Source: Candidatus Aldehydirespirator sp. | GTDB lineage: Bacteria > Actinomycetota > Acidimicrobiia > Acidimicrobiales > Aldehydirespiratoraceae | Length of the DNA stretch: 64,000 nucleotides | Assembly (NCBI GenBank): GCA_965204875.1 | Contig: OZ242020.1 | Location: forward strand, 2,027,729 to 2,091,728 | Reading direction: 5' to 3' | Part shown: positions 1-8,438 of the stretch, in pieces | How positions within the stretch are numbered: position 1 is the first letter of the stretch | How the letters are laid out: every line of letters starts with the position of its first letter | The notes under the pieces: generated by a model | Told to the model about the DNA's origin: nothing | Seen by the model: the letters and a program-made list of their open reading frames with translations, nothing else | Database searches by the model: none | Translations under genes and position numbers: made by a program

Positions 1-157
1 CGCGTGCTCGGCGCCCTCGCCGCTGTCGAGGTACTCCCAGGCGAAGCGGGGGATCCGCCGCCGCGCCCCGCGGCGCAGGTCCTCAACGCTCTGATATCGC
101 AGCGGGGGCTTGCGCCGAGGGGGCGTGCCGTCAGCGTGCCGGCGGTTCCAGTTCACG
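1..157 (-). CDS. FMN-dependent alpha-hydroxy-acid dehydrogenase (LldD/glycolate-oxidase type), N-terminal part only; gene continues beyond the left edge
   Basis: Reverse translation of 1-157 is open: [52 protein letters not shown]. The RRIP.F..EY.D.G..E pattern is typical of the N-termini of this family. It is absent from the ORF track because no stop lies in the window. GTG at 157 is only a candidate start. Confidence 0.4.
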
Positions 158-925
158 TGCCAGCAGCGCCAGCGTCTGCGACCAGGACAGCTCTGCCGCG
201 GCCTCGTTGTAGGTGGGCGCCCCCGGCCAGGTGTAGCCGTGGTCGGCGCCAGGGTGGATGTCGATGACGACCCGGTCGCCGAGCGCGGCCGCCGCGTCGA
301 TGAAGGGCTGCATGCCGGCGACGCTCATGATCGTGTCGGCCTCCCCGAATCCGGCATAGAGCGACCCGGCGAGCTGTCCGACGCTGAGGTGGGGCGAGTC
401 GGAGGCATCGTCCACCAGGAACGACGGATGCCACATGGCGCCTGCGGTGAACTGGTCGGGCAGCCGCATCATCGTGCGGAACACGGCCCTCGCCCCCAGG
501 CAGAAGCCGATGCAGCCGACTTTGCTGAGCGACCCGGCCGGACGCTCGCCCTCGAGGATCGCCAAGGTCGCGTCGAGGTCAGCCTGAATGCCGCCGTCGC
601 TGAGCGAGGAGAGCATCTCGAAGATCCTGCCGCGGGCGGAGGGGTCGGCGGCGATGTCGGTGGGGCTGAAGCCGATCATGCGGCCGTGCCGGTGATAGAG
701 GTCCGGCACGGCCACGTCGTATCCGCACCCGGCGAGGCGCCGGGCGAAGGCGTGGGTCGCGGCACGCATGCCGGGGCCGTCATGGAACAGCACCACAGCA
801 GGGTGCGGCCCACCCGTCTCGGGGCGCTTGCGCAGCACCGCCATAGGCTCGCCATCACTGGCGGTATCAACGACCGTCTCGTGGATCGCATGATGGAATG
901 CTCGGTTGTCCTGATGTCTGCTCAC
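131..925 (-). CDS. dienelactone hydrolase family protein
   Basis: 264 aa. Has [11 protein letters not shown], the nucleophile elbow IGFCLGA and a C-terminal HPGADHGY histidine motif, an alpha/beta-hydrolase DLH pattern. Confidence 0.8.
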   Translation of the reverse strand: MSRHQDNRAFHHAIHETVVDTASDGEPMAVLRKRPETGGPHPAVVLFHDGPGMRAATHAFARRLAGCGYDVAVPDLYHRHGRMIGFSPTDIAADPSARGRIFEMLSSLSDGGIQADLDATLAILEGERPAGSLSKVGCIGFCLGARAVFRTMMRLPDQFTAGAMWHPSFLVDDASDSPHLSVGQLAGSLYAGFGEADTIMSVAGMQPFIDAAAALGDRVVIDIHPGADHGYTWPGAPTYNEAAAELSWSQTLALLARELEPPAR

Positions 926-1089
926 AGCGCCCAGTATCGCAGCCCACGTGACTGTCGCGAGTTAGCTACCTGGCGTTGACGGTGACCGACTTGCTCGCTG
1001 GTGTCACCGGCGGCGGTGTGCCCGAGGAGCGGTAGTGAGGACGAGCGCACCATGCCTCCACGGGCGATGCTGGCGCGCACCCCCGCCGC

Positions 1090-4000
1090 GTGCTTCAATG
1101 GGCGGCCATGCTCTCACTCCAGCCTGCCGCCACGCTAGGCGAAGCCATCGGACGGTTGGACCGTCTCGCCCCCGAAGCGACTGACGGTTACGACCTTGAA
1201 CTGCTGATCGCTGATATAGCACCTCTGATCTCGGCCTGGCAGCTGTCCGGCTGCTGGTTCTGGGATGAATGGCCTGACCGTGAGAAGGTCTTGCCAGACG
1301 CGCCGCCTGTGGATGTAGGTATCGACTTGGTAGCGCAACGCATCGACGGCGGCTGGGTCGCGATTCAAGCGAAAAGCCGCCAGTTGGACGAGCACGGTGT
1401 TGGCGCGCCCGTAGCCAGCGGCGAGATCAACAAGTTCTTGGCCGCCGCAGGCGACAAGGACATCTGGGCTGAACGATGGATGGTCACTAACGGCGCGGTC
1501 GAACTTGCAGGCTGGGCTGAGGGCAAGGACACGATGAGCGGCGGCCCGCCGATGCGAGTGCTGAACCTGGCAGCCGTGTTACGCGAGGAACTAGCGTCGC
1601 TTGCCAGCAGCGACGCTTGCCCTCCCTCCTCGAAGCCGGCCGGAGACGATGCCGGTAGGCGGCAGTCCCGCGACGAAATGCAGGCCGAAGCTGTCGAAAC
1701 GGCGGTGAGTATCCTCACCGAACACGCTCAGATCGATGAGCCTGGCATCCCCCGAGGCGAAGCCCGAGGCCGGATCGTCCTACCCTGCGGCACCGGCAAG
1801 ACACGGGTCGCTCTACGGATCGTCGAACGTTTGACCTACCCAAGCGAGTTGTCTGTGGTGTTGTGCCCCTCGATAGCGCTCGTAGCGCAGCTACGCCGAG
1901 AGTTCTTGGCCCACGCCGAGCGGCCTTTGCGGACTATGGCCGTGTGCTCCGACCGGACGGTCGCAACCGACCTCGATCAGGAGGAGCGCATCGCACGCAA
2001 CGCCGACGATTTTACTGCCGACCGAGGCGCAGAAACGACGGCTTCGTTGACCGGCACGGTCACCACCGACCCCGACAAGATCGCAGACTGGATCCGCCAG
2101 CGACGCTCCGACGGCAACAACAACCACGTCAGCATCATCTTCGGCACCTATCAGTCCGCTCGACGGCTCTCCGAAGGCATCTCCCAGGCTGAAGCCGCGG
2201 ACGCTTTCAAGGTACTGGTCTGCGACGAAGCGCATCGCACCGCCGGGGTGCGTCGCAAACAACGCAACACATCTGAGACGCGGAAGGTCAGAGACTTCAC
2301 GCTCTGCCACGACAGAGCGGCCTTCCCCGCCTCCTATAGAGTATACCAGACTGCTACGCCTCGCATCTACTCTGACGCAGCTCGCGCTAAACAGCACCGC
2401 GCGGGCTGGCTGGTCCGTGACATGGACGATCAGCAGACCTTCGGGGTAGACCTCTACCGTCGCAGCTATCTCGATGCCGTAACCTACGACTGGCTCTCCG
2501 ACTATCGGATCATCGGCATGGGCGTGGGCGGCGACGAAGCCCTAGCCATCGCCAACCGGCTGGTCCGCGAAGCCGACCAGAACGCCGCAAAAGAAGCCGC
2601 CGACGCCGAAGCCAACGGTGACGCTAAGGCTGTTAAAGCCGCCCGTAGTCGAGCTAGAGGGCTGCCGACCACAGGCGACTATCTGAAGGGCATGGCGTTC
2701 GCCTTGGCTGTGGGTGGCGCAGCCCGCGCCCCTGACGGACATAGCGTTCCGATCACGTCGTGTATCGGGTTCCTGAACACGGTACTCCGTAGCCGGACCA
2801 TGCGGACTGTGCTGGACTCCGAAGCGGTGCGGGACTGGGTAGCGAAACAGGCTGACGGGCCGCGCAACGGCTACCAGCTGGAGCATTTGGACGCTTCGTC
2901 GCCATCGTCGCTGCGAGACGAGGCGAAGACACGGCTCAAGCACAACCCGACCGGCAGCAGTCACAGTGTCCTCAACGTAGGTATCTTCAGCGAAGGCACC
3001 GACGCGCCGTCATTGTCGGCGGTCGCGTTCCTCGAAGCCCGCCGGTCGCCCATCGACGTGGTCCAAGCCGTGGGGCGTGCTATGAGAAAAGCGCCTGGCA
3101 AGCAGATGGGTTACATCATCGTTCCTGTCGTGTTCCCGCAGGGTGTGGACGCTGAAGAGCATCTAACCCATTCCGACATGCACGAAGGCTGGCAGGAGCT
3201 AGGGGAAATCTTGCAGGCTTTGCGAGCGCACGACAAGCGCATCGAAGACGCATTACCGGAGATGCTGCGTATTCAAGCACCGTCCGCTGATCAGTTGCGG
3301 TTGGAGTTGGCAGAGACCTTTGTGGTGACCATCGCCGTCCCTGATAGTCTCCAATGTCAACACCTCGAAGCGGAAGTCACAGGCGGCATCGAAGAAGCGC
3401 AGAAGATCGCCTCTGATCTAATCTCCGGCAAAACAACAGTCAGTGAACATCCGCAGGTGCGTCTGCTACCAGACAAATACGAAGACCCCGACAAAGAGCC
3501 CAACCGCCATATCGCTGTCGCGATGAACGCCGACGGAGACCGCACCGACAGGGTGGATGCCACCCGCCGGTACGCGCCCAAACAGGGCGAGACCAAAGGA
3601 CGTTTCAACGCCGCAGCCACCCGCCGCAACGGTCGTAAGATGGTAAACAGGCAGAGCGGCAAAGATACTCTCAGCGACCAAGAACGTAAGCGCAGGCGCG
3701 AAGAGAACGCCCAGAAACGCGCCGAACGGGAACGGCAACGGCAGGCCGAGGACAACGAGCATCATCAGAAGCAGATCAACCTGCTCACCAGCGAACTAGG
3801 AGACCAGATCGCAGTGAACGTGCTCGAACGCTCCGGCCTGACCGCGGATCGCACCACCCGAGACCTGAACCTGCTTCGAGCATCTGTCGAGGAGGCCGCC
3901 CGTTATCTGCGCTCCGAAACCGCTCTAGCCGCCGCACTGAACGAGCACCACGGCATCACCGCTTTAGAAGCTAACAGCACAGGCAACCCCCGTGCGGATG

Positions 4001-5712
4001 GCGCGACCGTCACAGCGCTGTTGTGGATGAACGCGGCGATGCTCCAGCAGCGCATCCACAAAGGCCGATGGCTGTCCGGCAGCATCGACGCTCTCACCGA
4101 CATCAAATCGCACACCGCACCGCACACGCGGTTTCAAAGGTCGTGGCAGGCCATCACCCGTCAGGACTTCCTGCCGGTTATCCAACCCGCTATCGAAGCG
4201 CTAGAAGCCGCTATCGACACGCAGCGCCTCGCAGGTTTGAGCCGAGCGTTGCGGCATCTCGCCGCCGAAGCCGAACAGATCGCAGAGGTCTACGCTGATA
4301 TGGGCGTAGACCATGCCGGGGTCTTGTTCAACAAGGTGATGGGAGATCAAGCCTCAGATGGCGCGTTCTTCACCCGTCCCGTAGCCGCCGACCTTTGCGC
4401 ACGGCTGGCGTTTGATGCTATTGACCCTGACAACCAGCTTGACTGGTCTGACCCTGCGGTGTGGCGTGAGCATAAGACCGTGGACTTGGCTTGCGGTTCT
4501 GGGACACTGCTAACCGCGGCAATGTCGGAAATGAAGCGGCGTGCCACAGCAAAGGGCGCGAAACGTAAACGGCTGGCCGAGCTTCAGAAGGTCGCAGTCG
4601 AAGACGTGTTGAAAGGGTTGGACATCAACCCGATCTCGTTGCAGCTTGCTGCTACCCAGTTGATGAGCGGCAACACGGATGTCGCTTATGAGAGTATGGG
4701 TTTGTATCAGATGCCCTACGGTGAACAGCCTGACAGTATCGTGGCGGCCGGTTCGGTGGAACTGTTGGCACGAGCGGAAATCGTGACCGCCGACGTTGAA
4801 TATGTGACCGCCCCGGTTCAGCAGCGTATGAACACAGAGAGGGATCGGTCTAAGCAGGTTCTTACAGGGTTGGAGGATCATGAGGCTGCGCTCAAACATC
4901 CGGACGTGAACAAAGCAGCCAAGGCTGTGTCTGATGCGCGTATTGTCATAATGAATCCGCCTTTTACCAAATGGAAAGAGATAGGTAAGAAGTTTACGAG
5001 GAATGTCCAAACGAGATTACGAGAGCGAATGGAGACCCTCGCAGACCATTTGACGGTAGCTGATCCGCTCCTTAGCGAGTTCTTGGGCAAGAATTCGCTA
5101 GGGCCGCGATTCGTGGCCTTAGCAACTTTGTGCCTAGATTCTCAAATTGGAGTTTGCGCTACTATTATTCCTACGTCCGCTTTGACCAACACGAGTGGTC
5201 TTGCTGAACGTTTGGAGTTAGCCAAACGTTTTCAAATTCATACTATCTTGACTTCGCACGACCCGCACAACTTCGCATTGGTTCAAAACAGCAATCTAGG
5301 TGAAAGCATCGTCATCTTGAAAAGGCATCAGGGGGCGCGTCCTCTTACTCGTATAGTCTCGTTGGATCGGCTCCCCAGAGACGAAATCGAAGTGACCCAA
5401 CTGTTCGGCTCCTTCGACACGGCTGTAGGCGCATTCGCGGACGGCTGGGCCGGGGGGGGGGGGGGGGGGGTGGGGAGAAGTGTCGCTATGGCCCGCAGAC
5501 CGCATCGCCGCGGGCGACTGGAGCGTAGCGACCTGGCGTTCTCCAGAGCTGGCCGAAAACGCACAACGGTATGGCTCACATTGCGATCTTCGTGCGATGG
5601 CTTCTGCTGGCCTGTCGGCACACTCGACAGGCCGGCAGATACGCGGGCGCGGATACGCCAGCGTATCTGCCGGAACGCAAGGAGCTTTCGGCTTCGTCAA
5701 AGGTGCGGGTAA
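1090..5712 (+). CDS. Type ISP-like restriction-modification enzyme, N-terminal 3/4 (Mrr-like nuclease + SF2 helicase + gamma-class N6-adenine methyltransferase); frame lost at the G19 tract, so the last ~80 aa of this ORF are out-of-frame read-through
   Basis: Nuclease motif VDVGIDLVAQRIDGGWVAIQAKSR (about 1318-1380). Helicase motif I CGTGKT (about 1786-1803) and motif II DEAH (2224-2235). QAVGRAMR is motif VI-like. MTase motif I DLACGSGTLL and motif IV NPPF (4954-4965). First ATG is at 1108; GTG at 1090. Confidence 0.8.
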   Translation: MLQWAAMLSLQPAATLGEAIGRLDRLAPEATDGYDLELLIADIAPLISAWQLSGCWFWDEWPDREKVLPDAPPVDVGIDLVAQRIDGGWVAIQAKSRQLDEHGVGAPVASGEINKFLAAAGDKDIWAERWMVTNGAVELAGWAEGKDTMSGGPPMRVLNLAAVLREELASLASSDACPPSSKPAGDDAGRRQSRDEMQAEAVETAVSILTEHAQIDEPGIPRGEARGRIVLPCGTGKTRVALRIVERLTYPSELSVVLCPSIALVAQLRREFLAHAERPLRTMAVCSDRTVATDLDQEERIARNADDFTADRGAETTASLTGTVTTDPDKIADWIRQRRSDGNNNHVSIIFGTYQSARRLSEGISQAEAADAFKVLVCDEAHRTAGVRRKQRNTSETRKVRDFTLCHDRAAFPASYRVYQTATPRIYSDAARAKQHRAGWLVRDMDDQQTFGVDLYRRSYLDAVTYDWLSDYRIIGMGVGGDEALAIANRLVREADQNAAKEAADAEANGDAKAVKAARSRARGLPTTGDYLKGMAFALAVGGAARAPDGHSVPITSCIGFLNTVLRSRTMRTVLDSEAVRDWVAKQADGPRNGYQLEHLDASSPSSLRDEAKTRLKHNPTGSSHSVLNVGIFSEGTDAPSLSAVAFLEARRSPIDVVQAVGRAMRKAPGKQMGYIIVPVVFPQGVDAEEHLTHSDMHEGWQELGEILQALRAHDKRIEDALPEMLRIQAPSADQLRLELAETFVVTIAVPDSLQCQHLEAEVTGGIEEAQKIASDLISGKTTVSEHPQVRLLPDKYEDPDKEPNRHIAVAMNADGDRTDRVDATRRYAPKQGETKGRFNAAATRRNGRKMVNRQSGKDTLSDQERKRRREENAQKRAERERQRQAEDNEHHQKQINLLTSELGDQIAVNVLERSGLTADRTTRDLNLLRASVEEAARYLRSETALAAALNEHHGITALEANSTGNPRADGATVTALLWMNAAMLQQRIHKGRWLSGSIDALTDIKSHTAPHTRFQRSWQAITRQDFLPVIQPAIEALEAAIDTQRLAGLSRALRHLAAEAEQIAEVYADMGVDHAGVLFNKVMGDQASDGAFFTRPVAADLCARLAFDAIDPDNQLDWSDPAVWREHKTVDLACGSGTLLTAAMSEMKRRATAKGAKRKRLAELQKVAVEDVLKGLDINPISLQLAATQLMSGNTDVAYESMGLYQMPYGEQPDSIVAAGSVELLARAEIVTADVEYVTAPVQQRMNTERDRSKQVLTGLEDHEAALKHPDVNKAAKAVSDARIVIMNPPFTKWKEIGKKFTRNVQTRLRERMETLADHLTVADPLLSEFLGKNSLGPRFVALATLCLDSQIGVCATIIPTSALTNTSGLAERLELAKRFQIHTILTSHDPHNFALVQNSNLGESIVILKRHQGARPLTRIVSLDRLPRDEIEVTQLFGSFDTAVGAFADGWAGGGGGGVGRSVAMARRPHRRGRLERSDLAFSRAGRKRTTVWLTLRSSCDGFCWPVGTLDRPADTRARIRQRICRNARSFRLRQRCG
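5452..5470. repeat. homopolymeric G19 tract inside the Type ISP-like gene
   Basis: Counted directly: c at 5451, 19 consecutive g (5452-5470), t at 5471. Confidence 0.95.
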
Positions 5713-6262
5713 TATTGTTGAAAGGGTTGCTGCTCAGCCGTCCGCATGGTGGCAAATTCCGTCGTCGGACGCGAACGCATTGAATGCGAAGGCAGGACAT
5801 CTGCTGATTGCGGGCTCAGTAGCGCCAGTACAAAGCAGGGTCTTGGCGATCGCGTCAGATGAATGTTATGTGGGAAACCCGTGGATTCCTGTCACCGGAG
5901 CGTCACCTGCGCAGAGCAAAGCTGTGGCAATTTTTCTCAACTCTACGATCGGAATGCTACTCACTTTAAATCAAGGTGCGGGGCGAAGGGAGTTACTGAC
6001 CTATACTGTCGATGCTGTCAACTCTCTTCCTATCCCCGACATTAGCAACCCGAACATCGTCAAACCGCTTGCCCAATGCTGGCAGAAGACCCGCGAGATA
6101 ACCGTGCCCCAGTTCCGTGATGGCTATTGTGAGGTTCGCCGACTGTGGGATCGGGCGGTGTGCGATACGTTAGGCTGGGATTATAATGAGATCGCGAAGC
6201 TGGGCAAACTGTTACATCGCGAACCGCGAATAGCGGGCGTAGCTTATGGACAGTGGAAGTGA
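5480..6262 (+). CDS. C-terminal (target-recognition-like) part of the Type ISP-like enzyme, in the +1 frame relative to 1090..5712
   Basis: The frame is open from the G tract (tgg gga gaa gtg ...) to the stop at 6262, and the translation looks like a globular domain. Removing one G fuses it to the upstream ORF. Low G+C. Confidence 0.6.
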   Translation: MSLWPADRIAAGDWSVATWRSPELAENAQRYGSHCDLRAMASAGLSAHSTGRQIRGRGYASVSAGTQGAFGFVKGAGNIVERVAAQPSAWWQIPSSDANALNAKAGHLLIAGSVAPVQSRVLAIASDECYVGNPWIPVTGASPAQSKAVAIFLNSTIGMLLTLNQGAGRRELLTYTVDAVNSLPIPDISNPNIVKPLAQCWQKTREITVPQFRDGYCEVRRLWDRAVCDTLGWDYNEIAKLGKLLHREPRIAGVAYGQWK

Positions 6263-6539
6263 AGGGAAAGACAGTTTTATGACAGATCACGCAGTAAGCA
6301 TTGGCGATCCCACCACATGGTGGCGACGATTTTGAGGCATCACCGCGTCAAATGATCCCTCGGGCGGACCCTGCACGGCCTGCCCCAGCGAGGTTCCCAA
6401 TCACGGGGAAGCCTTGCCTTGTGAACTCCGGCTCGTAGCCAGGCGTGACCGCGCGGCGAGTCGTGGCTCGTTGCTCAAGAGTCGAGCGCATGCTTGGTTG
6501 CGGCGGCCATCCTCTTGCCGGTGAGCAGCGACATTGGGC

Positions 6540-7796
6540 TCAAGGCCGGTATCCCTCGAGGGTGTAGGGGTTGAGGAACTGGCGGCCCCAGAGCCGGTCC
6601 CGCTCCGCGCGGCTTGCTTGGGCGGTGTCGCAGACCTCGTCCCAGTGAGCGTGGATCGTCGCGATCTGCTGATCGGCGATCTCCCTGGCGGGTTGGGCAT
6701 CAAGGTGGTAGTGGCCGGCGTGGCTGACACAGCGCGCCACCTGGCTCAGGCGGTCCCCGTCGGGCCCGAAGGCCATCGCCTGGGCGGCCTCGCCGCCGGT
6801 GCGTAGCTGCGGGCAGATGTCGTATGCGGGCGTGAGTGTCAGGTTGGCGCCGTCCCAGAAGGCGGAATGGTTGCGGGCGTGGTCGTCGGTGTTGCTGACG
6901 AGGATGTTGAAGACGATGCGCGAGAACAGCTCCCGCAGCGTCGAGTCGGCGTCGGTGAAACGCGCCCGGATCTGGTGGGCCAGGTCGGTATAGGTCGCGT
7001 AGCGGCCTGCCATGCCGTATGCGTCGTGTAGTTGCAGGATGGTCATTGCTGAGACCATCATGCACCGAGCGCCGCTTGGGGTTCGATCGAATCGCCCCAC
7101 CATCAGGACTTCTCGGCCGAGTGCTTGGGCGAGTTCGACACCGGCGACGTCGATCCCGGCGCGGCGTGCCAGTTCCATGGCTATGTACTCGGCCTTGACC
7201 ACGGGGTATGGGTCCGTGGACGATGAGAACTTGGCGATCATGCCTCGCTGCCCGTCAGCGATCAGAGCCTTGGGCCGCGCCCCGCCGACGGAGGTTCCAT
7301 GGAGCAGGGCGCGGTTTAGCGCGGGGGTCAGCGGCTCGCCCCGCTCCACCCGGTCGGCGGCCTCCGCCAACTCGGTCAGTGACGCGGAGTCGCCCGAGCG
7401 CGCCTCGTAGCTCCGAGCCGAAGCCTGGAAGTCGAGCGCTCCGATGCGATTTGAGCCTGACTCGAGCAGGTACGTCAGGACGGGCAGGTCGGTGTGTGCG
7501 TTGCCGCGGCGATGCTCGATCGCCCGGCGTCCCCAGGCATCCGGCGCGGCGTCGGACACGCAGCCGGCGATCTCGCCAGACAAGGGATGCAGTTCGCCGC
7601 GCCGCAGCGGCAACTCGGGCAGGTACAGCGCTGTCGGCTCGGAGCGCTCGAGGTAGCTGCGGGCGTATGTGAAGGTGACCGTGGCGCCGCGTTCGTCCAG
7701 CCTTCCGGCGACGACGGGCTCGGTTGCCTCTGGCGGCCAGAACCACACGTATGCGTGGTCAGGGTGCCGGTCGGGATCAGAAGTCGTCATCGACAC
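6540..7796 (-). CDS. hipA: type II toxin-antitoxin system HipA family kinase toxin
   Basis: 418 aa. Has GGARPKALI, NTDDHARNHSAFW and an N-terminal coupling region (YLPELPL..G). Confidence 0.85.
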   Translation of the reverse strand: MSMTTSDPDRHPDHAYVWFWPPEATEPVVAGRLDERGATVTFTYARSYLERSEPTALYLPELPLRRGELHPLSGEIAGCVSDAAPDAWGRRAIEHRRGNAHTDLPVLTYLLESGSNRIGALDFQASARSYEARSGDSASLTELAEAADRVERGEPLTPALNRALLHGTSVGGARPKALIADGQRGMIAKFSSSTDPYPVVKAEYIAMELARRAGIDVAGVELAQALGREVLMVGRFDRTPSGARCMMVSAMTILQLHDAYGMAGRYATYTDLAHQIRARFTDADSTLRELFSRIVFNILVSNTDDHARNHSAFWDGANLTLTPAYDICPQLRTGGEAAQAMAFGPDGDRLSQVARCVSHAGHYHLDAQPAREIADQQIATIHAHWDEVCDTAQASRAERDRLWGRQFLNPYTLEGYRP

Positions 7797-8103
7797 GGCG
7801 TGCCCGCACCGTCGCCGGCAGGACAGCCAGGCGGGAGTCGACCACTTCGGCCTCTGTGGCGCGCCTTGCCGGATCGGGATGGAAGAGTGGCACCCCGACC
7901 AATGCCGCCGCCTCGAACGCGGTGCCGAGCGCGACGCTGGGGTCGCCCCTTTCGACCTTGCGCAGTGTCACCACGGACACTCCGACCCTTTCCGCGAGAT
8001 CCGCAAGCGTCCACCGGCGCTCCCGGCGTGCCAGGGCCACCTTGCCTCCGAGCAGCCTGATGGCCTCAACCGTCTCCGGACACAAGGGCCTAGTCCTGCT
8101 CAT
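7777..8103 (-). CDS. hipB: XRE-family helix-turn-helix antitoxin/regulator (HipB-like)
   Basis: 108 aa. HTH WTLADLAERVGVSVVTLRKVERG. Lies immediately upstream of hipA and overlaps it by 20 nt. Confidence 0.7.
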   Translation of the reverse strand: MSRTRPLCPETVEAIRLLGGKVALARRERRWTLADLAERVGVSVVTLRKVERGDPSVALGTAFEAAALVGVPLFHPDPARRATEAEVVDSRLAVLPATVRARRVDDDF

Positions 8104-8438
8104 GGAGAGTATTCTTTCGGTAGAGCTATTTGACCGTCAGTTTACTTTACTGCCCATGTTGGCAGGCTTCCCACCTTTGCCTGCCGAGCGGAGCAAAAAG
8201 TTGTGCTCCCTCCCTATCTGGTCTTCAAAATTGAGATGAGTTCCTCCAATTGCTCTGATATGATGTCTAGCTTCACGTATATATTGTATACGCCCTCATG
8301 TATGTTGTACAGAGCCGCGTACTTGTATGGGATTCTTTTGGTTCCCTTGCCTTGATCTATCATATTGTACATGATTGCCCTCTCATGGTTTGCTCGTGTG
8401 GCTGTTTGCGTCCCTGGGCGGGAGGGTGGTGTGGCTGG
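8104..8438. promoter_or_regulatory. AT-rich non-coding region upstream of hipBA with repeated TTGTAYA motifs and small inverted repeats
   Basis: About 43% G+C by hand count (8261-8320). Motifs tatattgtatac, tatgttgtacag, gtacttgtatgg and catattgtacat lie within 8276-8375. Inverted repeats: GTATA-n5-TATAC, ATCAT-n7-ATGAT, and ggcaggc-n11-gcctgcc near 8158-8190. Confidence 0.4.

Larger units (their letters stand above)
1000..8438. other. accessory island 1: Type ISP-like R-M gene, hipBA, AT-rich non-coding stretch
   Basis: G+C falls well below the flanks. Hand counts: 5161-5220 = 45%, 8261-8320 = 43%, versus 82% in 46501-46560. Content is defence and toxin-antitoxin genes. No integrase or tRNA was seen, so mobility is not shown. 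Confidence 0.5.

Noticed and set aside
5452-5470. Programmed ribosomal frameshifting at the G19 tract
   Set aside because: There is no slippery heptamer or stimulatory structure pattern. A long mononucleotide run is far more typical of DNA-level slippage or a sequencing error.
6263-6539. Gene fragment or integrase remnant between the Type ISP-like gene and hipA
   Set aside because: Composition is mixed and only short frames exist. No motif of integrase, transposase or any other family could be read.
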